Assembly (NCBI GenBank): GCA_977020255.1
Contig: CDROCS010000953.1
Span: 124,001 to 188,000 of the forward strand
Reading direction: 5' to 3'
DNA length: 64,000 nucleotides
Source of the DNA: Obrimoposthia wandeli
Lineage: Eukaryota
Made by a program: the position numbers and the translations under genes. Within the stretch, counting starts at the first letter, position 1. Every line of letters starts with the position of its first letter. The notes beneath the pieces are model-generated. The model did no database searches. It was not told where the DNA came from and saw only the letters and a program-made list of their open reading frames with translations. Below, one piece after another: positions 52,010-64,000 of the stretch.

Positions 52010-52450
52010 TAACAAAAGTGTGAATCTGTCCTTGGATTCTTTGGAACTTTGGGCACAATTTTCTTCTATTGATATGAAGATTATATTTGGTATTCGCTTC
52101 CAGTGTAGGCCAGTATCACCAGCATTGAATATTTGACTCGGTAGATAACATTATTTATTTATTTATTCACACTAATACTAATTTTATTTAGTTTAATGTT
52201 ATAATCTTTGAGCTTTAAAATATTTTTATATATTTAGTACTTATCTATTGTCATTTACAAGTAGTCTCGTGTATTGAACTAATATAAAAGAAAATGTTTA
52301 AAGTTTTAATTCTCTCAAAAAAGTAATGAGAAATTGTTTGTTGTTGTTGATCTTTTAAATCTGCGCTATTCAAATTTTTAGGTTCTAAATACTCAACTGC
52401 GCAATATCGAATCCGCGCAAAACAAACTCACGCTGTTCGAGTGACTACTG
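52010..52450 (-). pseudogene. Tigger/pogo relic with one TIR end
   Basis: YLPSQIFNAGDTGLHWKRIP...SKDRFTLLLCG on the minus strand; end GAGTGACTACTG|TA. Confidence 0.75.
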
Positions 52451-52879
52451 TACTGTAATTGAATTCTAAATATTTACACCAGGAAACCTTAAGATTAACA
52501 GTTTATATTATTTCCAATAATATTATTATTGAGTGTATTTTAATACTGTACTATGAAACGTATTCAGACTCCCTATGGTAAAGAATTTAAATAAAAATGA
52601 TAAGAGAAAATAAAAATAGTATTACTGAAGCCGATGCCTCTAAAATTGCATTTCCTACATGTGTACACTGTACTGTAGGATGTCTCAAGGTATCATAATA
52701 GGTTTGCGTGTGGCATTTACTTTATTATTGATAAGAAATATAATGCACTACTGAAAATTTTAATTAAATCTATAAATGATTAGAGATACAGCAAGCTATA
52801 AATAATTTTAACACTTATTTGTTTATATTAGCTAATAAAAAAAGGAAAACAATTTATATAATCATGGAAAATCAAAGTA

Positions 52880-54720
52880 ATTTTAATAAACTTACTCTTT
52901 GTTATATTTAGGAAAAGGTAATCGACATGAAGATGAAATTGTTGGAAAATTTATGCATTTTGAATTTATTAGTCACAAGCTACCGACTAAAAGAAACGTT
53001 ATATGTAGAATATTAAGATTTAAGAAAGAAAAAGTTAATGTGCCATTCAGAAGTGTCGCAAAAGAATTATTTCATTTATATAAAGCTACCGTATTGAATA
53101 TAATCGTAGAAGCAACTATAGATAAGAAAATTCAGAATATGTGGAAAGAATACAGAACATCTATTGTGACACCAAAAGCCATAAAGCTTCTATATTCATA
53201 AATAAATTAGATGAACTTTTTGATATTGCAAAATCGGATCAAAGGAAAACTTTAGACGAAGATATTGAATTTCTTAATTGTCAAAAGCAAAACGTCGGAT
53301 ATATGACTGGGCAATCAAAAATTATAAATCCATACCAGAAACAATTTGCCAATAAAAGCATCAAAAGTCAATCGCTAACAAAGATAGATAAATTAAAAGA
53401 TAAACAACAAGGATGCTATAGCAAAATAGATTATATTTATGAAACTGATGATGAAATATTTAGTGATGGTTCAATATCTCAGTTATCGGATGTAAGGAAG
53501 ATTTATGATAACAAATCGTATCACTAAGGTAGTATTACTGAAGCCGATGCCTCTAAAATTGCACTTCCTACATGTGTACACTGTACTGTAGGATGTCTCA
53601 AGGTATCATAATAGGTTTGCGTGTGGCATTTACTTTATTCTTGATAAGAAATATAATAACTTCTAACTTCTTAGATATATCACATGAATCATTGCGTCGG
53701 AAAATTATACATATGAGAAAAGATGAATATGACGAATATACGAAACAAATGGCTAAAATGAGTAAAGCAGCAATATATTTTGATAAGAAAAGGATAAATA
53801 ATCAAGAACTAATAGCATAGTAGCAGTAGACTCTTCTACAAAGTTCGAAGCAGTACTTGATTTAAAATTTATCTCAAACGGAACAGGCGTATCAATATCC
53901 AAAGCCATATATCACGCTCTATGTAGATGGAATTTAATTAATAGAGTTATTGGAGTTATATATGATACAACTGCTGCAAATACTGGTAAGAGATGTGGAG
54001 CAGTAAAATTATTAAGAGATAAATTAAATTATTCATATTTAGAAATACCATGTCGAAATCATATAATGGAACTAGTTTTAAAAGTTGTTTTTACATTTTT
54101 ATTTTACAAAGTTTTTCAACCAGATATAGAAGGATACAAATTTATAAAATACGTGAAACTTACATTTTATACAAAAAAGAGCTGTATAATTAGATTCACA
54201 TACCACGATGTATTAATAGTTATTATTTGAATTTAGAAACTACAATAAATAATTAAAAAAAAAATCTAATTTTAGAAGAGATAATTATAAAGAATGTATA
54301 GATTTAATGTTATCAATAGTTACCGGTGAGTCAATAAAGTTGAAAAAGCCTGGATCTATTCGAAAGCTAGATGGATGTATAGAATAATTTATTCGGTCAT
54401 GTCGTACATTATTAATGATTCCATTAATTTTAAACTGGAAACTTTTCTTCTTTTTATTTTCTATGGTTACATAGAATTTTGGATGGAATGTTCTGAAACA
54501 AATAAGGTAAATAAAAATCATTTATGAATGCTTACAAGATGGAACGAATCGACCTCAATAAACAAAACATTTGATGATATTGTCTAAATTGCAATAACTA
54601 AATATGAGAAGAATAATGTTTTTAAAAATACTTTTGATGAATATTCCTTTGGTGAATGATCCAACAGAAAGAACGACAAATTTATATCAATGAGCTTCAC
54701 TCAAAACTAAAGATATCGGA
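52880..54720 (+). pseudogene. Decayed hAT-related (hATm-like) transposase
   Basis: KLPTKRNV, KLDELFDIA, GTG..., YDTTAANTG--CGA, CRNHIMELV, KPGS--KARWM and VNDPTER; multiple stops and frameshifts. Confidence 0.75.
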
Positions 54721-55159
54721 GAAATTAAAAAAATTGTTAGTTTAAAAACGAAATAATTGTAAAATATCTTTTTTATGAATTATGTTTTTTTTTACTAATA
54801 TTAATATTTATTTTTCATATTAAATTTTTGATATATTAAAAAATGTAAGAAATTCTGATAAAAGTATTAGAAGTTTGTTGAAATAAGATAGTATTATTGC
54901 ATTTTGATACAACATATAAATTTCTTCTATTCATAATATTTATTGTAAAAATATTTTTATTTTATAAAAAAATAAGGTTAAAATATTTGTTTTAAATATT
55001 TAAAATTAATTGATATTTATATGCAATCCTGCAATTGATAGAAGCAATTTTTGTACATACTTTTTTCTCAAATGTTGATTATTATATTTTTAAATACATT
55101 ATTTTGCTACTCCCAAAGAAAATATTCTATATTTAATTTTCGTGAGTGTACATCTAAAA

Positions 55160-55420
55160 TAATGATTGGAGACATATTAAGCGAGTATGAATTATGTGGA
55201 AGGACTTCATATTACAAGTTTCTCAATTTCTCTCGTGTTCAATTCGAAACATACCGCCTTGTACTATTGTGAAGTAAAATGAGTCCCTTCCGATTAGCTA
55301 AACTGGTTTGTTTTAACAATAATTTTTGATTACTTATATCCATTTCATTGCATTATGAGTCTGAATTTTTGTTTCACCTGCATTCAGAATGCTGTGGCAT
55401 AATATCCTTCATAAACGACC
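55160..55420 (-). pseudogene. mariner transposase relic
   Basis: LANRKGLILLHN, YEVLPHNSYSLNMSP (YSPDLAP-like). Confidence 0.75.
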
Positions 55421-56949
55421 AAACAGTTTGATGATTTTTTCTCATGAATGCTTCACATTATTGATATGAACGTCTTCTATTGTTGATCTTTATCTACCTT
55501 TCAGCAAAGTTATCAAAAATTCTAAAAAATGCATTCAATTTGTCTAAATAACAGTGACAAAAATAATTGAAAATCTTTTATTTTTTTTTGAATTTTTGAT
55601 AATTTTTAAGGTATTTATTTTCCCAACATCTACATGATGTTCATTGCAAAAACAAGCCTGGAAACATTATTGCGAGTTCTCAACTCGTTCTATAAGCTCC
55701 TTGACCTACTTGATCTTCTAAGTTAGTGATGACTGACCATCTTTGAGTGGTTCTTTCATTAGCAGAAACTTCAACAAACGCTATGTTTATATTTCTAAAT
55801 GCTTTTGCTGCCGGGACATAATTTATATCCATGTCAACATAATTTCCTTTTTATTCATATCCACACAAAATTATCAGTCTTTTATACAAATATAAAGTTT
55901 TTCTACATAGCTTAAATTTAATGAATGCGTAATAAATTAATAATGTGGAACCAAACTTGGATTCATTAAAACTAGCATAAATATGATTTGAAATCCTGAC
56001 ATTGAAAGCCGACATTAAACATGAAACAATACAAACTGAACATCCCATTTTTTTAGTTAATCTCAAATTGGTTTTGTGTCATCATATTCTCTTCAATCAT
56101 AATCTGGAATACCAAAATGTGCCTAGTAAAACATCAGATTCTTTTGGCCTTATAAAAATAAATTTCTTTAAACATTTTCATATGAACGATAAAATATTTT
56201 TTTATAAAACCAATTCAAGAAAATATTTGTAAGTAGTTTTATGAGTAACGATAAATTTCTTTTTAAAAACAATTTTTCGATTAAATATTCATTAGTTTTA
56301 TCGATTTTGTCGCTGAATATTGGAGGGAAATATATTTTTCAAATAACTTTATTATTAAAATTTAAATTGTTTAAAGTGAAAGTTCAGTTCTAACTAATAC
56401 ATTAACTTTTGTCAATTTTACTAAAATTAGGATATTTTATATCTATTTAGAAACAAATATTAAATAAGAACGTTATTTTAATCAATTTTGCAATAAACAA
56501 GGTAAAGGGATGCTTGATTTAAGATAAAAATTGTATTAATTTCTTTTTTGATACATTTCGAAATACTGCAAAAAATCATATCTTTTTAATGTTATTCAAT
56601 ATGCATATGATAGAGTATGGAGCAAAAGTTTTTATCACGTTATTGTTATTTATTAAATAGCATAAATTGTACATTTAGAATAATAATCACAAATAATTAT
56701 ATATTGAGAGTAATTTATACAAAAAGACTCATTAAATAATATAAACAATATTTTTTGATATTTTTATTGAGGCACACATGTTGTTTTATATTCAATTAAT
56801 GTGTATAGGACAAAACTAAGAATTATGAAATGCTTAAGAAAAATTGCTGATGTTTGGCATTACTTGAAGGAATAGAATAAAGATTTCTTGATTGTTGAAT
56901 AGCTAAAAAATCCATTCTTCTTCAACTGCTTGAATCAACTAACTTTTGA

Positions 56950-57110
56950 TTTTTGGTTGACTAGAACGCAGATTTTCCTTCAAAATATACCAGAGATCTC
57001 AATTATATTGAGATCTGGTGATTGGCCAGGCCAGTAAGATATTTACATTTCTACCTTCAAAGACGTTCTTCCAAAAAACTCGACATTGCATATTATTATA
57101 TCATTTATTG
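56950..57110 (-). pseudogene. Tc1 transposase relic
   Basis: YWPGQSPDLNIIE (WP-QSPDLNPIE motif). Confidence 0.7.
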
Positions 57111-59279
57111 AGTGCTCTCAATTATTCCCATGAGTTTCACTTCTTACCGATAGATGGAAATTGATAAACATTCTATTTTCATAACTAAATCAGCCGCAGC
57201 AGTTCCGGTTTTATAGTTCTTAAAACACATTTATTTAATAATCTATTACCACTAACTTTCTTTAAGTACTAAGTTGATTTTGAAATCATTTTAAATAAAT
57301 TCTGATCAACCAAGGCATATTTTGTCAGAATTGTACCGGATTTAAAAACATTTTATAGTACAAAAATACAAATGAGCTAGAAGACTAGCAATTATCCCCA
57401 TCTACCAGGATTTCGAAGGGACCGTCATGAAGACCAGGCACAGCCTTAGAACCAAAAAACAAAACTGTATACATGCAAGATCTTCGGTCTAAATGTGAGA
57501 ACCAAATCTTCCTCATGATCGACTCTTATCAACAGATCCACATCTCAAGAAAGAATGAATGACTTGGTGTAGTTAGTAGTTCCCGTCATAGGCTCTTAAT
57601 TTATTATCTATTAGAATTCGGTAGACTTTATTAGGTGCTCTCACAATTGTTGGTCCTCTAAATATTTAAATGTAATTGTTATTTTTCGTTTTGTCAAAAC
57701 ATGCGAAAATTTCATTAATCAAATAGTTTACTAAGATAAATTTACATAATATATATTTGAAGCCCAACAATTTTAGTGCCTCCATGATTCAGACTCTAAA
57801 TGCGTTTATAACTGGAAGACAAACTTAATTTAAGGGAAAATGATATTTTATTTATTTAAAATATTTACAAATTATAATAGCACAATCTCCATGCAAAAAT
57901 TCTTAGTTAGGTTACTAGGAGGAAATATTTTTTTCAAAATATGTGTAGCCGATTTACATTTGATTCAAAAATTCATTTTCTTCTTTCAGATGTCATCATT
58001 GGCTACAAGATTTAGTCTCTATTTCTATAAGTCAGTTCTTTTATATTTTTTTCCACACAGCAATTAGCCAGGAACAAAATTTTGAACTCATACTTTCCTC
58101 GATGATTAAATTTTTAATAATATATTTTATTTTCACAAAAAGTTTATAATTCTAATATAATTTAATTTAAGTTTTTAAAATATTTGAATAAACTCACTTT
58201 TAAGGGTCAAAAATTTATAAATTGTCAAACTATTATTAAAATGGTTTTTAATTTTTCTATTTAAATTTCTCGCTAAATAATTATTATTGAAATGAATTAT
58301 TTTAAGAAATAATTATATATTTTAATTTCTAACATCTATTCCTAAATGATAATTTTGTTTGCTTGGTTGTTGTATGTAGTATGAATAGAGCCAGGTACCG
58401 ATAGAATTGCAAGTGGTAATAAGTTTAACAAAAATTATACAAAGTGTTAAAATATTTTTCGAACCAATTCAACCCACATTTCCAGTTCTGCTAATCATAG
58501 TATTAAAGTCGTATTAAATTTGTTCAAATATGTTCAAATAAGATTTTTGAAACAACAACAAAGCAAGTCGAGTCAATTACTACAATTTTACAAGCACTCT
58601 TTGAATATTTTACTTCACGAAATCATATTTTATACAGCAGACATTGACAGGGATCAAGTAAAGTAATTTGTTGGAAGTAAAATTTCTTTGCATGAATTTA
58701 CAATGATTTTAAAATTTCCTTATTGTTAATTTAGGAAATTTTATATTTTCTTTAAAATTTATCAATCAGCAATAATCTGCATACAAATTTTCGGAGGCGG
58801 CATCCGGTGATATATTAAAGGATTCTATATCTAAATAAAATTCTTCAGTTAACTTTTTCATTTTTGAAAAATACATGAGAAATTATTCAAAATAATTAAA
58901 TTTTTCGTTTGTCAAGGCCAATTTGGCACTGTTTTTTTTGGCGCTGACAGGGGTCTGATTATGAAATAAAATATATTTATAAAATTTGCGCAAGAATCAT
59001 AAAAGTATTTGTTCCATATTGTAAAATTGTGTTTTAAACATAATTAATATATTAAATATTTAATTTTACCGCTGAAATAATAATGGGAAACTTCTAGATG
59101 ACTTTTAAAACAATATGTAGTTACGATATCATTATATTAAATTCAGAACCGTAAAATCAATATATAGTAAAGCTGTGCATCCATATATACATCCTCTGCT
59201 CCAACTCGGTACGGATATTATACGGAATTTTGCACTGTTTGTTTTAAACTTTCTAATCTGTATTTCAAGGTTATCAAAG

Positions 59280-59860
59280 ATTTTTTCCTCATGGTACTTT
59301 ATACACAAAGCCCGAATATGACGCTTGGATCTTAAAGCCCTGTACAGTAAGCGTAAAGTTAACTGTTGCCGATATGGGTGTAAAAGAAACAACAAACCAT
59401 CACCCGAGACTGTATCCCATGCTATAGTAGGATGCTATAAAATGCATCACTTGAAAGTACAGACGCATATGTTCGAGAAGTATATGCCATTTTTAAACGT
59501 CTTCTAAATGACGGAGAGTCTATTGCCATAGAGGAAACTACTACGGCAATGGAGGACAGTGGCAATATTCAGCGAGCAAGACCAGATATTACGGTTAAAA
59601 GTAGAACATTCATCCACTATTCGGAAATTAAGGTTCCTTTTGAAAGTTATATTTGTTAAAATAATAGTTACAGCAAAGTAAAGTATAAATATCAAAATCT
59701 AGTCGAGACTATGCGGAAAGAAAATAGGAACAAGATGGTAGCACTCTATGTTATTAGAGTGGAGACCTTCGGGTTCTGGAATACTGATAACAACCCCTTT
59801 TCCAGGCTTACAAATATTCAGCAGCAGAAAGAAAGAAGATTAAAATGCGAATCTCAAGTA
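59280..59860 (+). pseudogene. 3' fragment of a non-LTR retrotransposon with restriction-like endonuclease (NeSL/R2-type)
   Basis: FIHKAR, CCHC finger CRYGC...ETVSHAIVGC, RPDITV...EIKVPFE, KYQNL and TFGFW. Confidence 0.8.
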
Positions 59861-60013
59861 AAGTAATAGAACATATTTGTGCCCAGTAGAATTGCTTTAA
59901 ACTACTTGGAATTTCAGAAACTGTGAATACAATACCTGATCGAGTAGATGATATACCTGCCGACAAGTTGGAGAGAATTGAAAAGGGATGAAAAGTAATT
60001 TATTATAAAAATA

Positions 60014-61716
60014 TGTTAGGATTAGGATTTAAAAAATTAATTAAGTATATATATAGGAAAGATATAACCCTGAAAGCAAGGTTAATTAAATAAAATAAAT
60101 AAATAATTTTTTTTATTTAAAATTGAATTTGTTAAGATTAAAATAAGTGTAAGGACCTTGAGAGGTAATGTGTGTTGCGTTATGTGTATAGATAAGTTAA
60201 AAATCTAAAGGGGCCGGTTACGAAAAGTTAAATTAATTATGTAAAACTCAGTTACAAAAAGAAAATCAACAACAGGAAAATTAATTCACTTCAATTAAGA
60301 AGAAATTACAAAAAATCAGCCTCGCTGAGAACAGACTGCTGCCAGCCAGACTTGGTTGAGAGGCGAAGACTCGGGATGCGGAGCAAGCGCGCTGGGAATG
60401 ATGCCAGCCGCCAGAACTTTCCAAGTCAGCAGCCAGCCATCTAGCAGTAAGTCCACTTAGGTTAAGTGCAGTCCATTTATTGTTTTGGATATATCCGTTA
60501 GGGAGCGAGACGGAAGCACTTAGTTTGAGGTGCTGGGAGCTGGGCCAGCCGATTTACAGTTCGGCTCCGATCGTGCTGGGAATGTGGCAGGAGCACTTTA
60601 ATTCGGTAAGTGTATTCGCTGAGTTGAGGATAAATCATCAAATTGCAGCGGCCACTTGTGGAGGCCGAGACTATTAGTAGATTGAGAAATCTTGAAAAAG
60701 AAATCCTATTGGAGGTAATATTTCTTATAAAAGACGGAAACTAGAGTTGAGATTTAGTAGAAATTATTGATCGTTATACAATCATGTAGCACTTCCTGGA
60801 CAAGCAGAGACAGATATAATCGTAGAGCACCTTCTGACAAACAGAGACAGATATAATCGTAGAGCACTTTCTGGACAAGCAGAGACCGATATAATCATAG
60901 AGCACTTTCTGGACAAACAAAGACAGACCTTGGTGAGAACTTTATGTCTAGATAACTTAGAGAAAGTTTAAATTGTGAATTTATCTAAAAGCTGAAATAA
61001 TTGTGAATTTATCTTAAAGTTAGAATAATTGTGAATTTATTTCAAAAGTTGAGATAATTTGTGTAATTAAGAAATTATCTTAAAGTTTGTATAACAGTTT
61101 GTATAATTTTGAAGTTTATTGCAAAAGGGTTATTGTAAAGTGACTTGTTATAAAAAGTTGTTGAACATAATTTTTAAAATCGGTACGGGGAATAACTTTA
61201 AACTGGTAAATTAAGTGAAGTTGGTTCAAAAAAAGTAAAAGTTTTAGAACCTATATGTTGAAGAAACGAAAGTTGGAACTAAAGAACAATTTAAATTAAC
61301 TAGGCAAATTTGGTTAAAGGGCGTCAAATCAATTGAGGGTCATCTCTATTTATAAGTGTATGAAACTGATTGTTGTTAGACAACCTACTTGTCAACTTGT
61401 TAATCTCTTTTAGTTAGTAAAGTAATATAGAATTTTCCTACAGATCGAGTAGAGTTATTTCTGTTAACAGTAACATAGGAATAGACAAACACAAATCCCT
61501 CCACACACCACACTACAATAAGGGAACCCTTTTAGTACCTTGTGCACACAACTCTGTACACATCTCGCACTACATTAATACAAAACCTTCAGACTTGAGA
61601 CTAAGTTAAGTAAGACAAAACCTAAATAGGCCACATCCATATGTAAGCCCTATTGCTTCAGAACTCACGTTGGGGCCCTCCCTAAGAGGAACTACTTTCA
61701 ATTAGAAACCCCAACA
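60014..61716. mobile_element. Solo LTR, family B (opposite orientation to the 1247 copy)
   Basis: TGTTAGGATTAGGATTT is the reverse complement of the 2990 end; ends AGAAACCCCAACA; TSD AATA; internal ~38-bp x4 repeat at 60788-60925. Confidence 0.92.
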
Positions 61717-63513
61717 AATAAAATACACAATTAAAATTTATGTTCAATACTTTTTGGAAGAACTTGAAATACCAGAAAACATAATATTCACCTCTCCAAA
61801 GCTCTGGAAATACTCAGAAAATGCAGTCACAACCTGAAAAACCACAAAGCATGTGTTTACTATTAATATAGTTTTATTGTCTTGTCTTAATATATAATAT
61901 AACACTAGTTTATTAAAGATTGTAAAATTCTCTAATCTCTATAAATTAAGCTTCTTCTTCTCCTAATTGCATGTATCCCAATTTGGTCTAGGATTTATGT
62001 GTGAAATTTATTTCCTGTTTTAATTTTCAGAAATTTACGGATTATAGATTCTCAGTAAATTATTGTGCAGAATATAAACAACAACGTGAGATTCAATATT
62101 GCCTTAAACCCACAAAAGTGAAATATAAATTGGGAAAACTGGAGTGACTGATGGTGTACTGCTTCAGTTAACTATTTCATTGGTTTTTTGTTCAGAAACG
62201 ACTAAAACATAAACAATTATATCAAGTGTGGAATTAGAAAACTATATTTATATTAATCTACATTATTGAAATTTAAAATTTACTATTTCAAAGTTATACT
62301 TAATTGACTAAGTTTAATTGTTAATTTTAGAAAAAAGTGATCAAATCAAAAGATCAATAGAAAGCGAGTGTAAATGCTGGTTTCTGAAGTTTGTATAATA
62401 TTCTACGACATATATTTTCCAACGGTACAACTGAGTGTCGAAAACAATGACTAGCGTATATTTCTACCGATTCTAGATTTAGAAATGAAGTGATGTACGA
62501 AAGAAAAGATTGCAAATTGTGTTGCACCCTATAAGGATTTTGACTTGATATAAAAGTTTTAAAAAATACGGTACAATTTATTGATTACAGAAGAATATAA
62601 TTCCGACTCAACGGTAGAAAGTGGATATGCCTGGTCTAATCCACCCATCATCCCTAGGGAGAAGGGCTGTATGCAAGCATATATCCTTTAAAACCGCGCT
62701 TGTGTCTAGAGTAAACATTTATGTTTGTGTATATGATCCTAAAAGTGATGTTTGTTTAATTTTCTTGATTATATGTAAAATATCTTAGTGTTAATTCAAT
62801 TTCAATCGTTTTTATATGTCAGAAATTTAAAATACAATTATTAAAATGTCACAAATGTTACATATAACACATCATATTAACTTCATCCTTAGTCCAAATA
62901 GGTTATATTCTTTCATAGAGTATCCCATTAATCCGTATTGAAATATTTCATATTTCACCTTCTCTATGTGTACCATACGAATAACCAGAATCGCCTCTAA
63001 AAATAATACTGGGATCTGCTTCAATCTTGAAATAATTTCTTTCTTAAACGTATTTAATTTAATAAAATTCTAAAGTATTTGATTAAATTTAATGATTTTT
63101 TTTATATATTACAAGATTTCTCTTTGGAAAGTCTTTTGGGGTTATAACAAATTCGTATGTTACTGAGAAGAGGATAAATTATAAAAAAACGATTAAAATA
63201 TTTTATAAATGAACATGATTAAACCAATACAAATATTATTAAACAAAATATAAATAAATGTAAAAAATTTAAACTGATTACTATTTATTATTTTATTAAG
63301 GTCAACTAGCAGAAATATACAATTTAAAGAAAACATGGCAAAATTAATTATTAAATAATACAGAAGAAAAATATTAAATAAATAGTCAAAACTTAGGGAT
63401 ATGAGTAAATTTTCTACGTTAAATTTTCTGAATTAGTAAATGTTTTTCAATTTCAGTTTTTTTTGTAAACATAAAGTCAAATTGAATTGTTACAGTCCAT
63501 TGCTTGTTATATT

Positions 63514-64000
63514 TAGTAGATAGATGTGTCCAGTTCCGGCCAACCCCCTAGCGAAAACCGAAAAAAAAATTTCCGCAAATTTCTAAAACATACTATAATA
63601 CTTCTTTTTTCTAAGGTCAATGTGAAAAGTAGGTCAAAAGTTTGTTATAGTACACATGATTTTTGAGGGTTAAATTCATATTTATGTCACTTTATACTAT
63701 AATACGTCTGTTATTAGGTGATTTTACTCTGAATGTATAAGTTTTTGTTTAAACACATCAATTTTTATGCCCACAAATTTAAAACATACTATAACACGTA
63801 TATTTTTTCAAGATAATTATTAATGAAGGTCACATTTTGTTATAGTACACATGATTTTGAGGCTTAAATTCATAAGTAGATCAATATGTGTTGTATTACG
63901 TCTGTTTTACTCTAAATGTATATGTTTTTGTTTAAACACATCAATTTTTATCCACGCAAATTTAAAAACATACTATAAGAAGACTATATTCAAGATCATT
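63514..64000. mobile_element. Left end of a TIR element related to 44987..46486; runs off the window
   Basis: TAGTAGATAGA terminus-like start; CCCCCTAGC, AAGGTCAATGT--AAGTAGGTCAA and TTTTTGTTTAAA---ATCAATTTT shared with the 44987 TIR. Confidence 0.55.

Overview
AT-rich eukaryotic (invertebrate-like) genomic DNA with one recognisable host gene and many repeats. The host gene is a 5-exon site-2 protease (MBTPS2, 22079..40951, HEXXH and LDG motifs, 15.6-kb last intron). The main object is a 16.3-kb LTR retrotransposon (396..16733, TATA target-site duplication) with a Ty3/gypsy-type pol and an unusual layout. One reading frame runs Gag (three CCHC knuckles), an internal signal peptide, a chuvirus-like (class III-type) fusion glycoprotein, then protease and RT. 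After repairing two small frameshifts the same polyprotein continues through RNase H, integrase, a second signal peptide and a possible FN3-like membrane protein. Three further ORFs lie before the 3' LTR, one an intact ISG20/REX4-like DEDDh 3'-5' exonuclease. This copy carries 4 nonsense codons and 2 frameshifts. It is nested in an older LTR of its own family and has a solo LTR of a second family inserted at the putative TATA box of its 5' LTR. The rest of the window holds solo LTRs, non-autonomous TIR elements with 4-bp TSDs, tandem arrays, decayed pogo/Tc1/mariner/hAT-like/REL non-LTR relics and a 624-N assembly gap. All family assignments come from motif recognition by eye; no database search was run.
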